From positions 669,114 to 733,113 of the forward strand of contig WELB01000017.1 of assembly GCA_009602725.1 (NCBI GenBank): a DNA stretch of 64,000 bases, in the 5' to 3' direction. The DNA comes from Spirogloea muscicola. Its lineage: Eukaryota. A program made the position numbers and the translations under genes. How positions within the stretch are numbered: position 1 is the stretch's first letter; each line of letters starts with the position of its first letter. This document shows, piece by piece, positions 25,519-39,142 of this stretch. Under the pieces are notes generated by a model that saw nothing but the letters and a program-made list of their open reading frames with translations, was not told where the DNA came from and did no database searches.

Positions 25519-28500
25519 TCACCATCGCCCTCTTCCTCTGCTTCTTTCAGCCACTGTGGAAAGACACGCTAACTCCTGATGAGCGCTTGTGATCCTGCGA
25601 CCTGGAGCCTTGCATCTTGACTGGGCTAAGGCAGACAGACGTGACTCTGGTGCCAGAACATCCATAGCACGATGATGGCAAAGTGGTAGAAGTCAAAGCC
25701 TACTTACCGTGATGAACTTGGACGACTGGTCGAGGAACACCTTCTCTGACTTATCCGCAAACTCCTTCTCGGCTGCCCATGACATGATTGCCTCCTCCGA
25801 GGCAATGTCCTCATGGTACAGCACCTCCAGCACCTGCTCCTACTATGCAGGCTAATCAGCTCCACAGCAGGCCTGCTGAAGAGAGGCCAGAGTGCGCGAA
25901 CCTATGCAGCATCATCGAACTTCCAGAGACAGGACCTTCTGGCGAGATATAAACAGAGCTGAACATCAAGAGCAATTGAGAGCAGACTCCATCGTGGCAC
26001 AGGCAATGCAACAGAGTCTGAAGGCATGGTGGAGGTGCCTGGCTGAAGAGAGGAGCCATCTCCTTGCCGCCCTCTGAGCAGCACTCCTCAAATGTTAGAA
26101 GGACCTCGACCTGAATGGCCAACCGACATCTGATATTAGTGCCATACAATATGTGGCACTCTTCCAGTCACGTGCTTCAGAGTTGGCGCCTCCGCACCTC
26201 GTCATCCACGGACTTAAGGAAGCGTCGAAGCAGCGGGCCCCACTTGTGCATAACCCTCTTGGACTCTGCAAGGACGCCACCTGCCAAGACACACTTATCA
26301 GTGGCTTGCTTAGGCTTGAGGACCAGGAACTCATGTGGTTACTGAGCTGTCGTGCTTACACTTCTTGGCCATTTATAATGCTCAGTGTACATTCAGGCCG
26401 TGCATAACCGAACAGGCAAGAGCAAAGGGCCGCTATTGGGCTTCCTGCCATTTCATCAAGCATGCCCGTAATATGATCTATGATAGGCCACAAATACATC
26501 AACAAGTCCTCAAGGATGAGTGAGCAATGCCTCCTCTTGCACAGGCCCATACTTGCATCACTATGTGAAGCCTCAAGGACAAGCGACACCATTTCCTGGA
26601 ACATCGCGCTCGCACAATCTGCAAAGGTCTTGTTGTATGCCAACCTGTTGCACCATCACAAAAGGACTGTGTGCCCGTTCAAGCTCAAGCAGGTGGTGCT
26701 AATCCATATGGACAACGGGTGCAGTAGGATATTTACATGGAGCCAGCTACAGACGCTCTCATTGTGCAAGACATTCATGTGGTTTGTGGCTTGTACATGA
26801 AGCCAAGCACTTGGCCATGTACAAGGACAAGCGAGGGGCTCACAATCATGACTCTGACTCACTTGACAGCATTGACCTCCAAGACCACATTGTCTGGGTG
26901 TACACCCTCGAGTGCAGCTCGCCTAAACATCTCCTTGACCTGTGAAGCGAGACAGCCTCAACCTTCATCTGTGACAGTAATCCTTGTCAAGACAATGACC
27001 AGCCACCTGAATACGAGCTGTCCCATTGATGCATATTGACAATGGGAAGGCTTCATGGTCTTCCACTGCAAAAGTGCCAACCTCATTGTCGAACTCTTCC
27101 CCCTCCTCGTCCTCCTCGTCCTCCTCGTCTTCAGCTCCTCCTGCCATGCCAGCTTCTCCCCCTTCACTTTCTTCCGCTGGTGCCACCTTGGCCTCCAGTG
27201 CACGTCTTGCGAGATCAGCCACAATGTGTTCGGGGACTGGAGCCATGGAGTATCTCCAAGAATCCTCATCTTCCCCTCTCACGGACCACTTGTAACCAGC
27301 ACCTCCAACCCCCACCTGCACTTGAGGAGAAGAGCACAGCGAGTTGGCCCGCATATGCCTCCAATGTATGCAATGCTGACTCTGCCAGCTGGTTGCATTT
27401 GCAACAGACAAACACAATTGCTGCTTGACTACAATGCAGCTAAGAGATGGATGTGCAGCTTCAGTCTGCTGCCGAGCTGTATACCTCGTTGTCGGCCCAG
27501 CGCGATGCATCTGCACCTGCCCTTTGCGCCTGAGCTTCTCCGTGGTCGCTTTCCTCGTGCTTCTCGCGGGTGCCTGCGCCCTCCGCCAAGGAAATGCCAC
27601 ATCCAATCATTGACTTGCTTGCCCGTGGCCTCGACCACCCCCATTGCCACATGCAAGGGTCTGTACGAACCAAGCCATGCATCAAGCCCAGTGCATTTTC
27701 AAACACCATTGTCGAGCAAGACCAGTCCTCCTTCTCCTCTATGCGCGTGTCACTGACCTTCTTTGTCTCCCATGCCCGTTTCAAAGGTGGTATCACCAGA
27801 CTCCAGCTCCTCGTCGCTGTCATCATCCAGGGGCTGCGGATGCTGGGATATCCTCGAGTAGGCGGGCACATGGAAGTCTTGACCAATCACAACCTGGCAA
27901 TGACGTGTGCAGTCCACACAGCCACATCTTCAGCGCGAGCAGGGCATAGTCACAGAGTCCTTGGGCTTGCATCCACAGGCCGATGCTCACAACGAGCTGT
28001 GGGTCGCGGGTCGCCCACCTGGAATGACAGCACCGTCCCAGGCTCCAAGACGGCACGCTCCCGCACCACGACCTTGTCACACACCAGGGCGTGGGACATG
28101 CGGACGCCGTCCTTGATGGTGACATTGTCCCATATGTAGCTGCCCTCGATCTGGACGTTTGTGCCAATGGTGCAGTTGCGGCCGATGACAGAGTTTCTGA
28201 TGATGGAGTTGTCGCCGACTCGGGTGTTCTCCCCCAGGACAGTGTCCTCGCCTATCTTGACCGACCTCGCCGTGACCACGCCTGCCGAAGCAGCGGCAAA
28301 GGCGCACAATCACACAACCCGAGGAGGCGATCGCACCAGTCAGCGAGAGCAAGATTGGCACTCGAATTTGATCGTGTGCCAAAGGCCTCACCGTCCTCGC
28401 GGTAGACGTTGCCGCGGCCGAGGCGGACGCCGCCAGAGTAGAGCGAGAAGTGGTTGTCTGGCACGAGGGGAAAGGACCACCGCGCGATCACGTCGCGGCT

Positions 28501-29082
28501 GACGGCGTCGTACGACGCCAGGTTCTCGACGTGGGCAGCATATTCCCCGGCCAGCTCGTATGTGTATATCTTGTTGCCCGAGACCTGCGGCCAGCATCAC
28601 GAGCAGTGTGAGATGGTCGATGTTGCCATCCTCCGGCCAATCATCGCAGCTGCGACGGTCGCAGCCCGCATTGGCCTCGTGCAGGACGCACCTCACCTCG
28701 TCACTGAGGAGGCCCTTGACGAAGTCGCGTCGGATGTCCTGGTAGTCGAAGTTGTCGGTGAAGAGGTAGAGCACCTCCAGCGCGCAGATGTCAATGTGGC
28801 AGTCCTGCGAGCAGTCCCAGAGCGGCGGGGCTGTGAGCCCGGGAGCCCGGGCCGCGACGGGTCGGTGGGCGCCCACGTCGATGCAGCTCGGTGGCGAGGA
28901 GGGCGACCTGAAGGTCGTCGCGGAGCTCCACGTGGTCGTGGCCGGCGAGCAGCGGCGCGTCAGGCTGACGCTCGGCGGCGCCGTCGACGGCGGCGTGGTC
29001 GTAGTGGAGGAGCTGGCTGGTGGCGGCGTCGACGGCGAGGCGCAGCGGCGGCGCGCCGAGGCGGGTGCGGCCGGTGAGCGGG
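25026..29082 (-). CDS. EIF2B5: Translation initiation factor eIF2B epsilon subunit (5' end in N-gap)
   Basis: DCHIDICALEVLYLFTDNFDYQDIRRDFVKGLLSDE; YDAVSRDVIARWSFPLVPD; LbH repeats (IGEDTVLGENTRVGDNSIIRNSVIGRNCTIG); W2/HEAT domain VLEVNAVKLAYN..WGPLLRRF..FITWLKEAEEE. Confidence 0.95.
25403..25518. repeat. (CCT)n/(GAG)n microsatellite encoding poly-Glu in the eIF2B-epsilon tail
   Basis: More than 30 near-perfect CCT units, in frame after WLKEAEEEGDGEED. Confidence 0.95.
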
Positions 29083-30037
29083 NNNNNNNNNNNNNNNNNN
29101 NNNNNNNNNNNNNNNNNNNNNNNNNNNNNNNNNNNNNNNNNNNNNNNNNNNNNNNNNNNNNNNNNNNNNNNNNNNNNNNNNNNNNNNNNNNNNNNNNNNN
29201 NNNNNNNNNNNNNNNNNNNNNNNNNNNNNNNNNNNNNNNNNNNNNNNNNNNNNNNNNNNNNNNNNNNNNNNNNNNNNNNNNNNNNNNNNNNNNNNNNNNN
29301 NNNNNNNNNNNNNNNNNNNNNNNNNNNNNNNNNNNNNNNNNNNNNNNNNNNNNNNNNNNNNNNNNNNNNNNNNNNNNNNNNNNNNNNNNNNNNNNNNNNN
29401 NNNNNNNNNNNNNNNNNNNNNNNNNNNNNNNNNNNNNNNNNNNNNNNNNNNNNNNNNNNNNNNNNNNNNNNNNNNNNNNNNNNNNNNNNNNNNNNNNNNN
29501 NNNNNNNNNNNNNNNNNNNNNNNNNNNNNNNNNNNNNNNNNNNNNNNNNNNNNNNNNNNNNNNNNNNNNNNNNNNNNNNNNNNNNNNNNNNNNNNNNNNN
29601 NNNNNNNNNNNNNNNNNNNNNNNNNNNNNNNNNNNNNNNNNNNNNNNNNNNNNNNNNNNNNNNNNNNNNNNNNNNNNNNNNNNNNNNNNNNNNNNNNNNN
29701 NNNNNNNNNNNNNNNNNNNNNNNNNNNNNNNNNNNNNNNNNNNNNNNNNNNNNNNNNNNNNNNNNNNNNNNNNNNNNNNNNNNNNNNNNNNNNNNNNNNN
29801 NNNNNNNNNNNNNNNNNNNNNNNNNNNNNNNNNNNNNNNNNNNNNNNNNNNNNNNNNNNNNNNNNNNNNNNNNNNNNNNNNNNNNNNNNNNNNNNNNNNN
29901 NNNNNNNNNNNNNNNNNNNNNNNNNNNNNNNNNNNNNNNNNNNNNNNNNNNNNNNNNNNNNNNNNNNNNNNNNNNNNNNNNNNNNNNNNNNNNNNNNNNN
30001 NNNNNNNNNNNNNNNNNNNNNNNNNNNNNNNNNNNNN
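29083..30037. other. Assembly gap (N) covering the 5' ends of eIF2B-epsilon and MED27
   Basis: Run of N. Confidence 1.
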
Positions 30038-31859
30038 CCGCCGCCGCCGCCGCCGTCGCAGCTGGCCGTCTGCCCCGACGCCGCGCTGCTGCCGTACCTG
30101 TGGAAGCGGCACCTCTGCGGCGCCGCCGCGCACAAGGCCGGCGAGCGCGCCAGGTGGGCTCCGGCAGGCACCGCGCCCGAGCCCCAGCCCGGCTGCTGGG
30201 CGGGCACCCATCTGGGCGCCCAGCTCTGCCGTCGTTGAGGCATGCGGGCACCCTTGACTCTTACCCACAAAGCCCACAACGCACACTGCCGACGCTTAGT
30301 CGCTTAGACTGACGTGAGTCTGTGAATCGAAGCTCAGAGACGAAGCGTCCACGAAGCTCTTGTCACAACGAAGCTTAGACTCACAGTAAACGAAGCATAG
30401 ACTCAATAAGGATGCTGCCAACTTTCCTGTGTCATGCCACGCTGTTGTGGTTTTGCTGCTGACGACGGGCTCCATTGACTGGTCCGCTCGGAGCAAGTCC
30501 TCAGAGCCTCTTTGGATGCGTTCGTGCACCGGCGGGAGGCGAGCCAGGCCAGCGCCGGCGGCACTCTACGAGCACCCGAGGACGCCGCCGCCGCGCCCCC
30601 AGCCCCTCCAGTGTCGCTGCAGGATGCTGTCCGCAGCGCGCGGCTTGCCTGCCCGGGCTTGAGGCTGGAGCTCCACTCGCGGGTGGCTTGGCAGCGGCTG
30701 GCTCTGAGGCCCTCTCCCGCAGCCGGCGACTTGGGGAGCGCGCTGCCTTCCGTGCAGCACGTGGAGGCTAGCGGGCCAAGGCAGCAGCCGGTGCAGCCAG
30801 CTGCTGTGAGCTCGACACCAGGAGCAGCGGGGCCGACCTCCATGGGCGGCACCAGTGACAAGGGGCCTGCAGCTGTGTTGCTGGCCTGCTGCCCTGGCAT
30901 CCTGCAGTCAGCACTCTCGCTGCTGCCCACTGATTCTGCTCAAGTTGACGCCATCGCGGTCTTCTCTGAGGATGAGGTGAGGATGTGGCAAATAGCAATT
31001 GGCCCGATACCTGTTCCATGGATGCCTTCAGCTGCACTTGCCAGCTGAGCTTGTTGACGGCTTGCCGCTCTTCTATCACTGCCATTCAGCTGTTCATTAA
31101 GTGTTGACGGTGTGTGACAAGCAGCACCTTTGTATATGCTGCTCACACAGGCCCCTAGCAATGTGCACCCTTGGGGGCGCCCTTCCGACAACGTCTTCCG
31201 CTTGCTCACACTCGAGGCCGGAAAGGCACGCTTGACCCTCAGTCAGAAGATGCCTCCCGCAAAAGCGCTCGAATCGCTCCTCCGCTGGGTGTTCTCCTGC
31301 CGCACCCTTTTCACACTGCCGTGCAGGTGAGCATGCCGCTGCCCTCGACCTGCCCAGCACTGCCTCGCCTCTCAGCTCCTCTTCCTCTCCTCTAGTGCAC
31401 ATCTGTTACTTTGCCTGCAAAGTCTGCGGCCCCCTTGCTTGCTTAGCGCCTGATCTGCTAGTGTTGGCTCCTGCACATGACGAAGCGACTCGATGCACTG
31501 CCACTGGCCCCAGTTGGCCCTCGACTTCACCGCGGCTGGGCGGCAGGTTCAATACGCATGCTGAGGAAGTTACAACCAACCCCAGTGAAAAGCAATGGGC
31601 CATACTGACACCCCACCCTGGCTGTGGCCCTGAACACAGCACCTGCCACTCTCTCTTGGCACTGGACTCAACCTCTGGCGTCCTCTTGCCGCCCCTGTGC
31701 CGGCCTTTTTACCTTCCACCTGCTCCTCGGCCGCAGTCAGTGAGTGGGCCCAGCAAGGCTCAAGGTCCAATGAGTGCACAAGCAGTGGCTTACCACCTTC
31801 AATGTACCCATGGTAGCGAGGACCACAAGACTTTGACTGCACTTGCAAGGCGTTCGTAG
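30038..31859 (+). CDS. MED27: Mediator subunit 27 (5' end in N-gap), spliced
   Basis: VDAIAVFSEDE|..VFRLLT..ALESLLRWVFSCRTLFTLPCS|TCHSLLALDSTSGVLLPPLCRPF..AYHLQC matches the MED27 C-terminal Zn-binding motif LFxxPCxxCxxLL..LPP..AYHxxC. Confidence 0.88.
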
Positions 31860-32136
31860 CAGCACTCAAATTCAGCCACAAGACTGCAACATATCTTATG
31901 TCTCCGAAATAACAGTGGGCGGTCACACATTAAGAATGTCATCAGGTCTAAGTAATCTACAAGCAAGCAAGACATCAAGCCCAGTGTCAAAAATTGAAGT
32001 GTCAAGAATTGAAGGTTGATCATGCATGCATTTTGACCTCAAACGCACGTGAAAGCCGGGCACTGCAAGTGACCCCTGAAAGGTAATCAAGCACAACTCT
32101 GGCTCACGAGGTACATGGCATGATTCTTAGCAAGTG

Positions 32137-35100
32137 CTATATCCAAGCTCTCTCTGCCTCTGATGACGTTGGTGCAGGGCTGGTCAGCGGTTGACCATCT
32201 ATCCACCGCTTTAGCATCTCCAGGGCGGCCTTGGGCTGGTCCATTGGTACAAGGTGTCCGGCATTGTGCAACTGCCAGAGCAGTGGCCGCATCAGATGTG
32301 TGCCTCTAGAATTCAATCAATCACATGCTCAAGATAGAAGGCGAGAATGTGCCATAAATAGCCATGGAGACAACAAGGCACTCTGTATTCTTAAACCATC
32401 TTAAACCACAGAACGAGGCCATCCAGGGCTACGATCTCAGAGCATGCAACTGTGCTAAGACTCTGACTTGCAATGGAACTCACTACATACGTACTAGACA
32501 TCACTGCATCTCCAGCCTCCTCCCACGACACAATTGTGCTTCTTGGAGGCATGAGCCATGGTGGTCATGGAAACGGCTTGCTAAAGCATGAGCTGTGCTG
32601 AGGAGGCAAGCTGACCTTCAGGAAGAAGAGAGGCCCAGTCCCTGTGCCAATGCCAGCTTCCTCGCCATCGACCTTAAATGGGAGCCACGCAGCCTTCTGG
32701 TACTCATCGTGGCCAGACCACTCTATGGCTGCCACCCACCGTGAGTTGCCTGACATGCCAACAATGCACAACAATGCCACATGAATTCTTGTCCAGCATG
32801 CAACTTGGAACTGGCTTCTAACAGCATAGCAGTAACAATGAACGACATTGTTAGAAATGAGGCCGTGCTGAGGAGAGCAACTTGACAAACCCAAGCTATA
32901 TATTAGCTGTGTAGGACACAGACCTAGCCAGTTGCAGATCAAGTCATTCTCGCCCGCATACACAAGGAGCTTGATTCCATCTTCCAGCATTTCAGGAATG
33001 CCCTTCTCCAGATCGCGCATGAAATCCATAATCATGGCCTTGTAGACAAATGTACTGCAGGACTGGAACCTCCTTGAGCCCACACCAAGAGCCTCCCGAA
33101 CAGCTGGCTGATCAAGGTATCTGTCAAGTGGAGAGAAGTCGTAGCAAAGAGGAGGCACTGTGCAGTTTTCTCTGATGTCATAGAACTGGGCACGTCCATC
33201 AACGGGCACACAACAGCCTCACTTCAGCAAAGGTAAGCATTGAGAGCAGCCCACTTTATCTGATGTACATGCACAGATTTACCTGCTGCAGCCTCCTGCA
33301 TCCTTGAAGCAGGTGAAAACTTGCAAGCCAAGCATTTACCCAACAGATGCCAAAAGCTACTGAATGACCCCAGGACTACCAGAAGGCTGCATTGGTCTTT
33401 ACTTCTCATTTTCAGGCACAGAGATTCAAATACAAGAGCAGCTTTCACTGCTCAACTTGTACACAGACATGTTCTGCCTGTATTTCCACTGGGAGGTACT
33501 ACCTACATTGATGTTTCCAGCTGCTTGGAGGATGGACGAAAAGACGTTGTTGCAGAGGACGAATGCAGCAATGCAAGATATGGTTCCTGACGTTCCTGCA
33601 GAGTCAGGCAATATTGCAGGATGAGATGCATGGTCCGACTAATGGCGGGGTTGTTACCCTGAATCCACATACACACTATCTAGAGTCTGTATGTTCTGTA
33701 TCTTCCAGACCTGCCTACAAGCTAGAAGATAGAGTACACACCGGATAAAAGTGGCACTCGCATTAAGCTTACGTGCTCACCACAGTATTTCAGGGCAACC
33801 TGGCAAGCTGGCATCCTCCTGCGAATGCTTACGTAATCAGCTTCAGATATCAGATTGTTCTGGAATGCGTAGTCAGGTAATGCTCCCCACTGTATCTTGG
33901 CAACCGTCAGGCCATTCCCAATGCCCATACCCTGCCAAGCTCAAGTGCACCTTCAGATCCACATGAGGAGATCATACTGATGTCTGTGCATCTTGCCACT
34001 TGACTCAGACTGGGGCTCCAATTAGGGAGGGGAGGGGATGGACGTGCTAAGCTCCTCGCTTCGACGTACTACTCAAACATTGTACACGCACCTATAAATC
34101 ATGAATTCGAGCTTTGGAACTATTGTGCAACTCATCTGCAAGACGTATTCACACTGACGTCGAGCCACTGATTATATGGCAAGCGACTGTGAGACAGAAG
34201 AACATGTCAAATGTATGACAACAAACCTTGAGGTAGATGTGCTTTCCCAGCTTTGCTTTATTTGCAGCATGAATCTTGCCTCCAAGAGCTGGCACATAGT
34301 GACCACCATACGATTCACCGGTGATGAAGAGGTCACGGTCAGCATAGTCTGGGTGTGCATCCAAAAAGACCTGGTGATGACATCAAAATCAGTGCTTGGT
34401 GATCAAAAGCACGTGCCCATGCCAAGCGTGCAGGGCTCTACATCATGTATGTGTAAGGTCTTTGAGCATGCTGGTCTCCTCTTGTTTGTCACTAGGAACG
34501 GACTGAGCAAGAGAATTACAAGTGTGCTCTTGAATGCAGTCTCAGGTAAATAGTCAATGGCTTTTTCTGGACGTGTATTTCCTAGTACTTCACATATCAC
34601 TTCAAGGCTAAGTGGCCCACGACCTGCAGAAAGTCGTACATATCCTCCGATACACCCCTCTCATCGTGTCGCATGTCGCGAGGGTCATGGCTGTAACTGA
34701 AGCCCGTGTTGATGGGTTGATCCACATATATCATGTTAGAGACCTGCCACAGGCTCCAAGTGGCATGAGCACCTGAATGCGAAGTCACAGCTTGGCTCAC
34801 AGGCTTTATGTACCGTTTTTTGCCAAAGCCTGTCAAGCGCCCATACTCCAGAAGTAGGGAAAATTTGGAGTCACAATGTAGCGTTAACCCCTGCCACCTC
34901 CATAAGCAGCAGTTGAAGTGCAACGAAAGCACTCACTGTGTCCCATCCATACTCATTCCAGGACAAAGATAGATTGTGCTCGTTGATGTTCCATGGTCCA
35001 TTCTCGTAAAACACAGCGAGCTCACTACTACAGCCAGGACCGCCAGTCATCCACAGGACCAAAGGGTCGGTTTCCTTGTCGCCGCGGGACTCGAAGAAGA

Positions 35101-36171
35101 AGTAGAACATCCTGGGTAGCAGGTAAGAGATTCAAAGTGTGAGTCGCTAGAGGCCGACGGTTGCCAGCATAATTCAGACGCCGACCAAGCGCGTCTGTCA
35201 TGGTCTTATGTTTCTACTGACCACACAGCTTTGGAATCTTATGACTTCGACTTTAGCAACATCAGATGTGGTACTATGCAGTTGCCACCTCAGCAGTAAT
35301 GTTGAATCTTCCACAGTAGCTTACAAATATCTAAATTAGGCTCGTTCTCTTCTATAACTGCCCCGATTGGCATCTCATAAGGTTGTCTTGTCGTGCTCCT
35401 TCTTCAGGGGCCACCAATCTGCTGAATTTAGAGTACAGCTTTGAGCCTAGGGTGTGAAGGAACTGCAAGGCTTCTGTATGCAAGGCTTGTGGCCTGCCTG
35501 AGGACATGGCGACTCCCTAACCCTGCCCTAGCTGGCAATCCCATGAATCTTAACACGATGGCCTGTGCTGGCAGTGAAGCTCTGACTCCAAGAGCCCCAA
35601 GTCGTGCTCTCAAGAACTCAAGTAGGTGCCTGACAGAGGGCGCGCGCCTGAGGAAGATTGACAACCCGAATTTGCTACCTGGAGCTAGCAGTAGAGGACA
35701 TCCTACATGCACGCACCTCCCTCCCACAAAACGCATGCCTTTGTAGTCGACTGTGGCGCGTTCGGAGGAACAAGGGCGCGGCTGACACCAGGAGCCACCA
35801 GCACTGATTGCTTGCTTGCGCCAGGAGGTTGAGGTCAAATTAGTGGCTAAACCTGGCGTCGTGCGTGCGGTTGAGGCGGAAGTAGCCGGCGTACTGGCCA
35901 ACGTCGGGCTTCCGCTGCGCAGCGAGGTCCCCGTTCTGCCAGCCCTCCACGTTGATGGGCCACTCAGTGAGGGCGGCCGGCGCCGAGCTCGCGTCGTCGC
36001 CCTCGCCGGCGGCCGGCGGCGTGCGGAAGCGGCCGAGGAAGGCCGAGGCGGCGCGCTGCCACGCCGAGCCAGTCTCCGGCAGCGGGCCGTGGAGNGGCCG
36101 GCGCCGAGCTCGCGTCGTCGCCCTCGCCGGCGGCCGGCGGCGAGCGCTCGAGGCGCGGGTCGCCGCGCCAT
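32137..36171 (-). CDS. Serine carboxypeptidase-like protein (S10 family, SCPL48/49-type), spliced
   Basis: YAGYFRLNRTHDAR|MFYFFFESRG..LVLWMTGGPGCSSELAVFYENGP; IYVDQPINTGFSYS; ITGESYGGHY (Ser); YAGENDLICNWLG (Asp); NAGHLVPMDQPKAAL (His). Confidence 0.95.
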
Positions 36172-36298
36172 CGTCGCCGGCCGCGGAGGACGGGCCCGTC
36201 GGCCTCCGCGCAGCGCACGGCGGCGGCGGCGGCGGCGGCGTTAAGAGGAGCTGCAGCTACGGGGCAGCTGGCAGGCGCCGCTGACCTGATCAGGGAGT

Positions 36299-36306
36299 TA
36301 GGGTTT
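36299..36306. promoter_or_regulatory. Telo-box upstream of the SCPL gene
   Basis: TAGGGTTT about 130 bp upstream of the ATG at 36171. Confidence 0.5.
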
Positions 36307-36344
36307 ACCGAGTGCCTCGCGGCCACTTGAGTTACTGTGCGCCT

Positions 36345-36910
36345 GAGCGCTGGTTCCTCTGGCCCCTTCGAGCTCCGTGAACCTTTGGGCTGGCCACCTC
36401 ACAGCCATTGCCCAACCTCTACTGGAATCGTCCTTCTCCCGGGTCCAGATAGGCGGGCGGAAGGTGTTGCGCAAGCCAGGCTCCTCCCTGTCCATCGGGC
36501 ATAGAGAGAAGTGCAAGGCGAAACGAGCTCTCTACAAAGAGGTGTCTCACAGGTATGTCGCATGCGCCTGTCCAGAGGCGATGCTTGGCCAACGCCTTGC
36601 ATCTGGATGCTGGCCGTGCTCTAGCTGCAGCCTCTGGCTTTTGTCAAGGGGACTGCTTTCCGGCAGCTAGTCTTTCTGCCCTGCGGCCACTAACTAGAGG
36701 ACAGTAAGTAATAACCTTACATGGTCCTTGCTTAGTCATTTCAACCAAAGAGAAGTGAGCTCTTCGAAAGAGATAGACTCTTCCGGTAAAGGGCGATGGC
36801 TGTTGAAGCTTTTCTGGTACCAATACAAGAAAGAAGCTCTTCTTAAGAAGAAAAGACGCTTCCAGCGGAGGGCGGTGGCTGTGAGAGGCCAGCCTAGAAC
36901 CAATATAAGA
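36345..36910. mobile_element. Nest of truncated RLE-type retrotransposon ends
   Basis: Plus ~36385 gggctggccacctcacagcc; plus 36545-36707 QVCRMRLS..AGRALAAASGFCQGDCFPAASLSALRPLTRGQ*; minus ~36875-36895 aggctggcctctcacagcc followed by a TTC-rich tail. Confidence 0.75.
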
Positions 36911-37135
36911 CGTACTAAGGGCATGCTGGAGAGTGTCATGATGCTGTCACATCAAGATGGTGTCAAATACACAAGCGCCTTAAGGGCTACACCGAGCATA
37001 TCGGTCAGACTGAAGCCTTCAATAAAGCATCATCATCACCAGTGTGTGCCAGAAGAGACAGCTATCTGAAACTCCAGCCCCTCTACTGCTACAACAGATG
37101 ATTACATGTGTGCAGCTCTTCTGAGAAATGTCAGA

Positions 37136-38655
37136 TTAAAGATGCCCTCGACCACCGCATGTGGGGCACATTACTGTGCCAGAGCCTCCACACCCTGGCA
37201 ACATAAACCCACGATCACTTCTTCAATCACCTCATGCGCTGCTACCAACTGGGTAGTCCATGCACAGCTTGCCCCAAGTGTTAACCACATGCAAAAGCTG
37301 CGCTACTCAGCACTTCTGCAAGATGTGCATGACCACACCTGTCAACCAACTAAAGCTGCAGTTAAGTTAGCTTCACACGGCTTACCTAGACATCGAACCT
37401 TCACAATGACGCCTTGGCTCTCTAGTGTAGGCTCCACATATAGCCCACAACCGGCGCACGTGGGGCAGCTGACAGCTCCCAATACTTCACACTTTGAGCA
37501 TGGTGGGTATTCTCCAATACTTTTAGCCTGCACAGGCAGCCCTGCACGTCAAAGAGGTGCACCTTGTAAGAGTCATCTCACCGCCACTTCAATGTCAACA
37601 GAAGAGCATAACGAGGTTGTCAACCTCCTGGCTCAAGGGGGTTGTGGCCCAGATGTAGCATTGTACAGCATGCTAGCTGCTGCTTAGCAACCGGGTGCTT
37701 TGCTGATGCCTATCAAAGCCCTTCATTTCAACACTTGTTTCAATTGAAGACTTAGAGTACCTAGATTCTAGCACATTCATTATTCACAGGTATACCAAGT
37801 TTCTCGCAACAGAAGCTGGAGTTTTGGCCATCGGCTATGCGGCACAGGACACCACCACCTTTCTTGATTCTTGAGGCTGAAGCCACATGTACAGCCCCCA
37901 GCTCCCTTGCTGAGACGCCCTGATGAGTGAGCAGATTGTAACTACATGCAGAGCTAAGAAGGAGAGTAGCTGACCCTTTGGTGTCTCAATCTTCTCTCTT
38001 GGTGTGGAGGTGTCACAGTAGTAGAGACTTTCGAGTTTGCTCCTATAGCGATCCGAGATCAGAGGCATCGAATTTTTCCCGGGCCGGTTGGCTGGACCAT
38101 CAGTAGCATCACTTGCCTGAAAATGGGACAGCAGACGCGTCCTGTGTTCAGAGAGCTGTAATCAGCCTGCTAGCAGGCAGATCGTAGAACTCTTTGCTAG
38201 TCTTGTGCATCGGCTGCAATCTACTTTTGAATGTAAGCACTGCAAAAGAAGACTCATCTAAGGGAGGCTAAAGGGCAGCTGTGCAGACCACTGCGTGTCC
38301 CCTTACTAAGTTTGCCCGCATCAGCATGCCTCGCAACAAACAGGACGGACACAATAGGTCATGTCATATACATAGCCATGCCTCTAGGATGGTGAATTAC
38401 ATTGCTGCACTGCGTCTGCAAACGGCTCCGGGAATTATGGAAGTCCAGCAGTGGTGCTAGACCCCTCACTGTAGCTGGACCTCTGCCACCGGGCTTGCTG
38501 CACCGCGTAGCCGCTGCGGGCGGCCCACTGCTGGGAGAGGCTCCGCCACAGCCTCGGCAGTGCCACGCGCTGGCGCCAGGCTGCGCGTGAGCGGCCGCGG
38601 GCTGCAAGGCCGCCGCCGTGGCCTGCAGGCAGCCTCGCAGCAGCGCCGTGGTCAT
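37136..38655 (-). CDS. DnaJ/Hsp40 cysteine-rich zinc-finger protein, probably plastid-targeted, spliced
   Basis: Transit-like MTTALLRGCLQATAAA..; LESLYYCDTSTPREKIETPKG|LPVQAKSIGEYPPCSKCEVLGAVSCPTCAGCGLYVEPTLESQGVIVKVRCL|GCGGSGTVMCPTCGGRGHL* (four CxxCxxxG repeats). Confidence 0.85.
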
Positions 38656-39142
38656 GACCGGGGGCCCGCCTCGGAGCACGAGGAGGCGGCGGCGGCGCAG
38701 GGAGAGTGCGGTGGGAGGATGGGACGTCCCGTGGCCCGTGACGCGCCGTCGCCGTCCGCCGTTACCGCCCCGCCGCCACCCCCGCCGCTTGCCGTTAACC
38801 CCGCGCCTCCTGGTTTGAACGGCGACCCGCCAGCCCCGCGCCTCCTCCGCCGCCGCCGCCNGCCGCCTCTGGCGCTGCGCGGGCACCGCTTGGCCTTTGC
38901 CCCCAGCGGAGCTCCCGTCCCGGCACAAGGCGGTGGCTTGGCGCCTGCGCCCCTCGCGGAAGCCGGAAGCCCCCGGCTGCGTCGACCGGCGGCAGGCCTC
39001 TCCTGGAGGGCCTGCGGTGCCCATGGCCGCCGGCGGCTGCGCAGGCGCTATGACGCGCAGCGGCCTCTGCGAGCGGCGTGGGAGCTGACGCCTTCAGGAC
39101 CTTCTCATTTGCGAGTCCTAGGCCTTCGAGGGATCCGCGCAG

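Noticed and set aside
25013..25579. Poly-Pro (plus) and poly-Arg (minus) ORFs
   Set aside because: Alternative frames of the (GAG)n tract in eIF2B-epsilon
28388..30312. Long ORFs (430-632 aa) in the ORF track
   Set aside because: Artefacts of reading through the N-gap; the same applies to 46669-47973 and 55962-57715
36728..37069. Small ORFs between the SCPL and DnaJ-ZnF genes
   Set aside because: They overlap retro-element tails and 3'UTR sequence and show no protein motif
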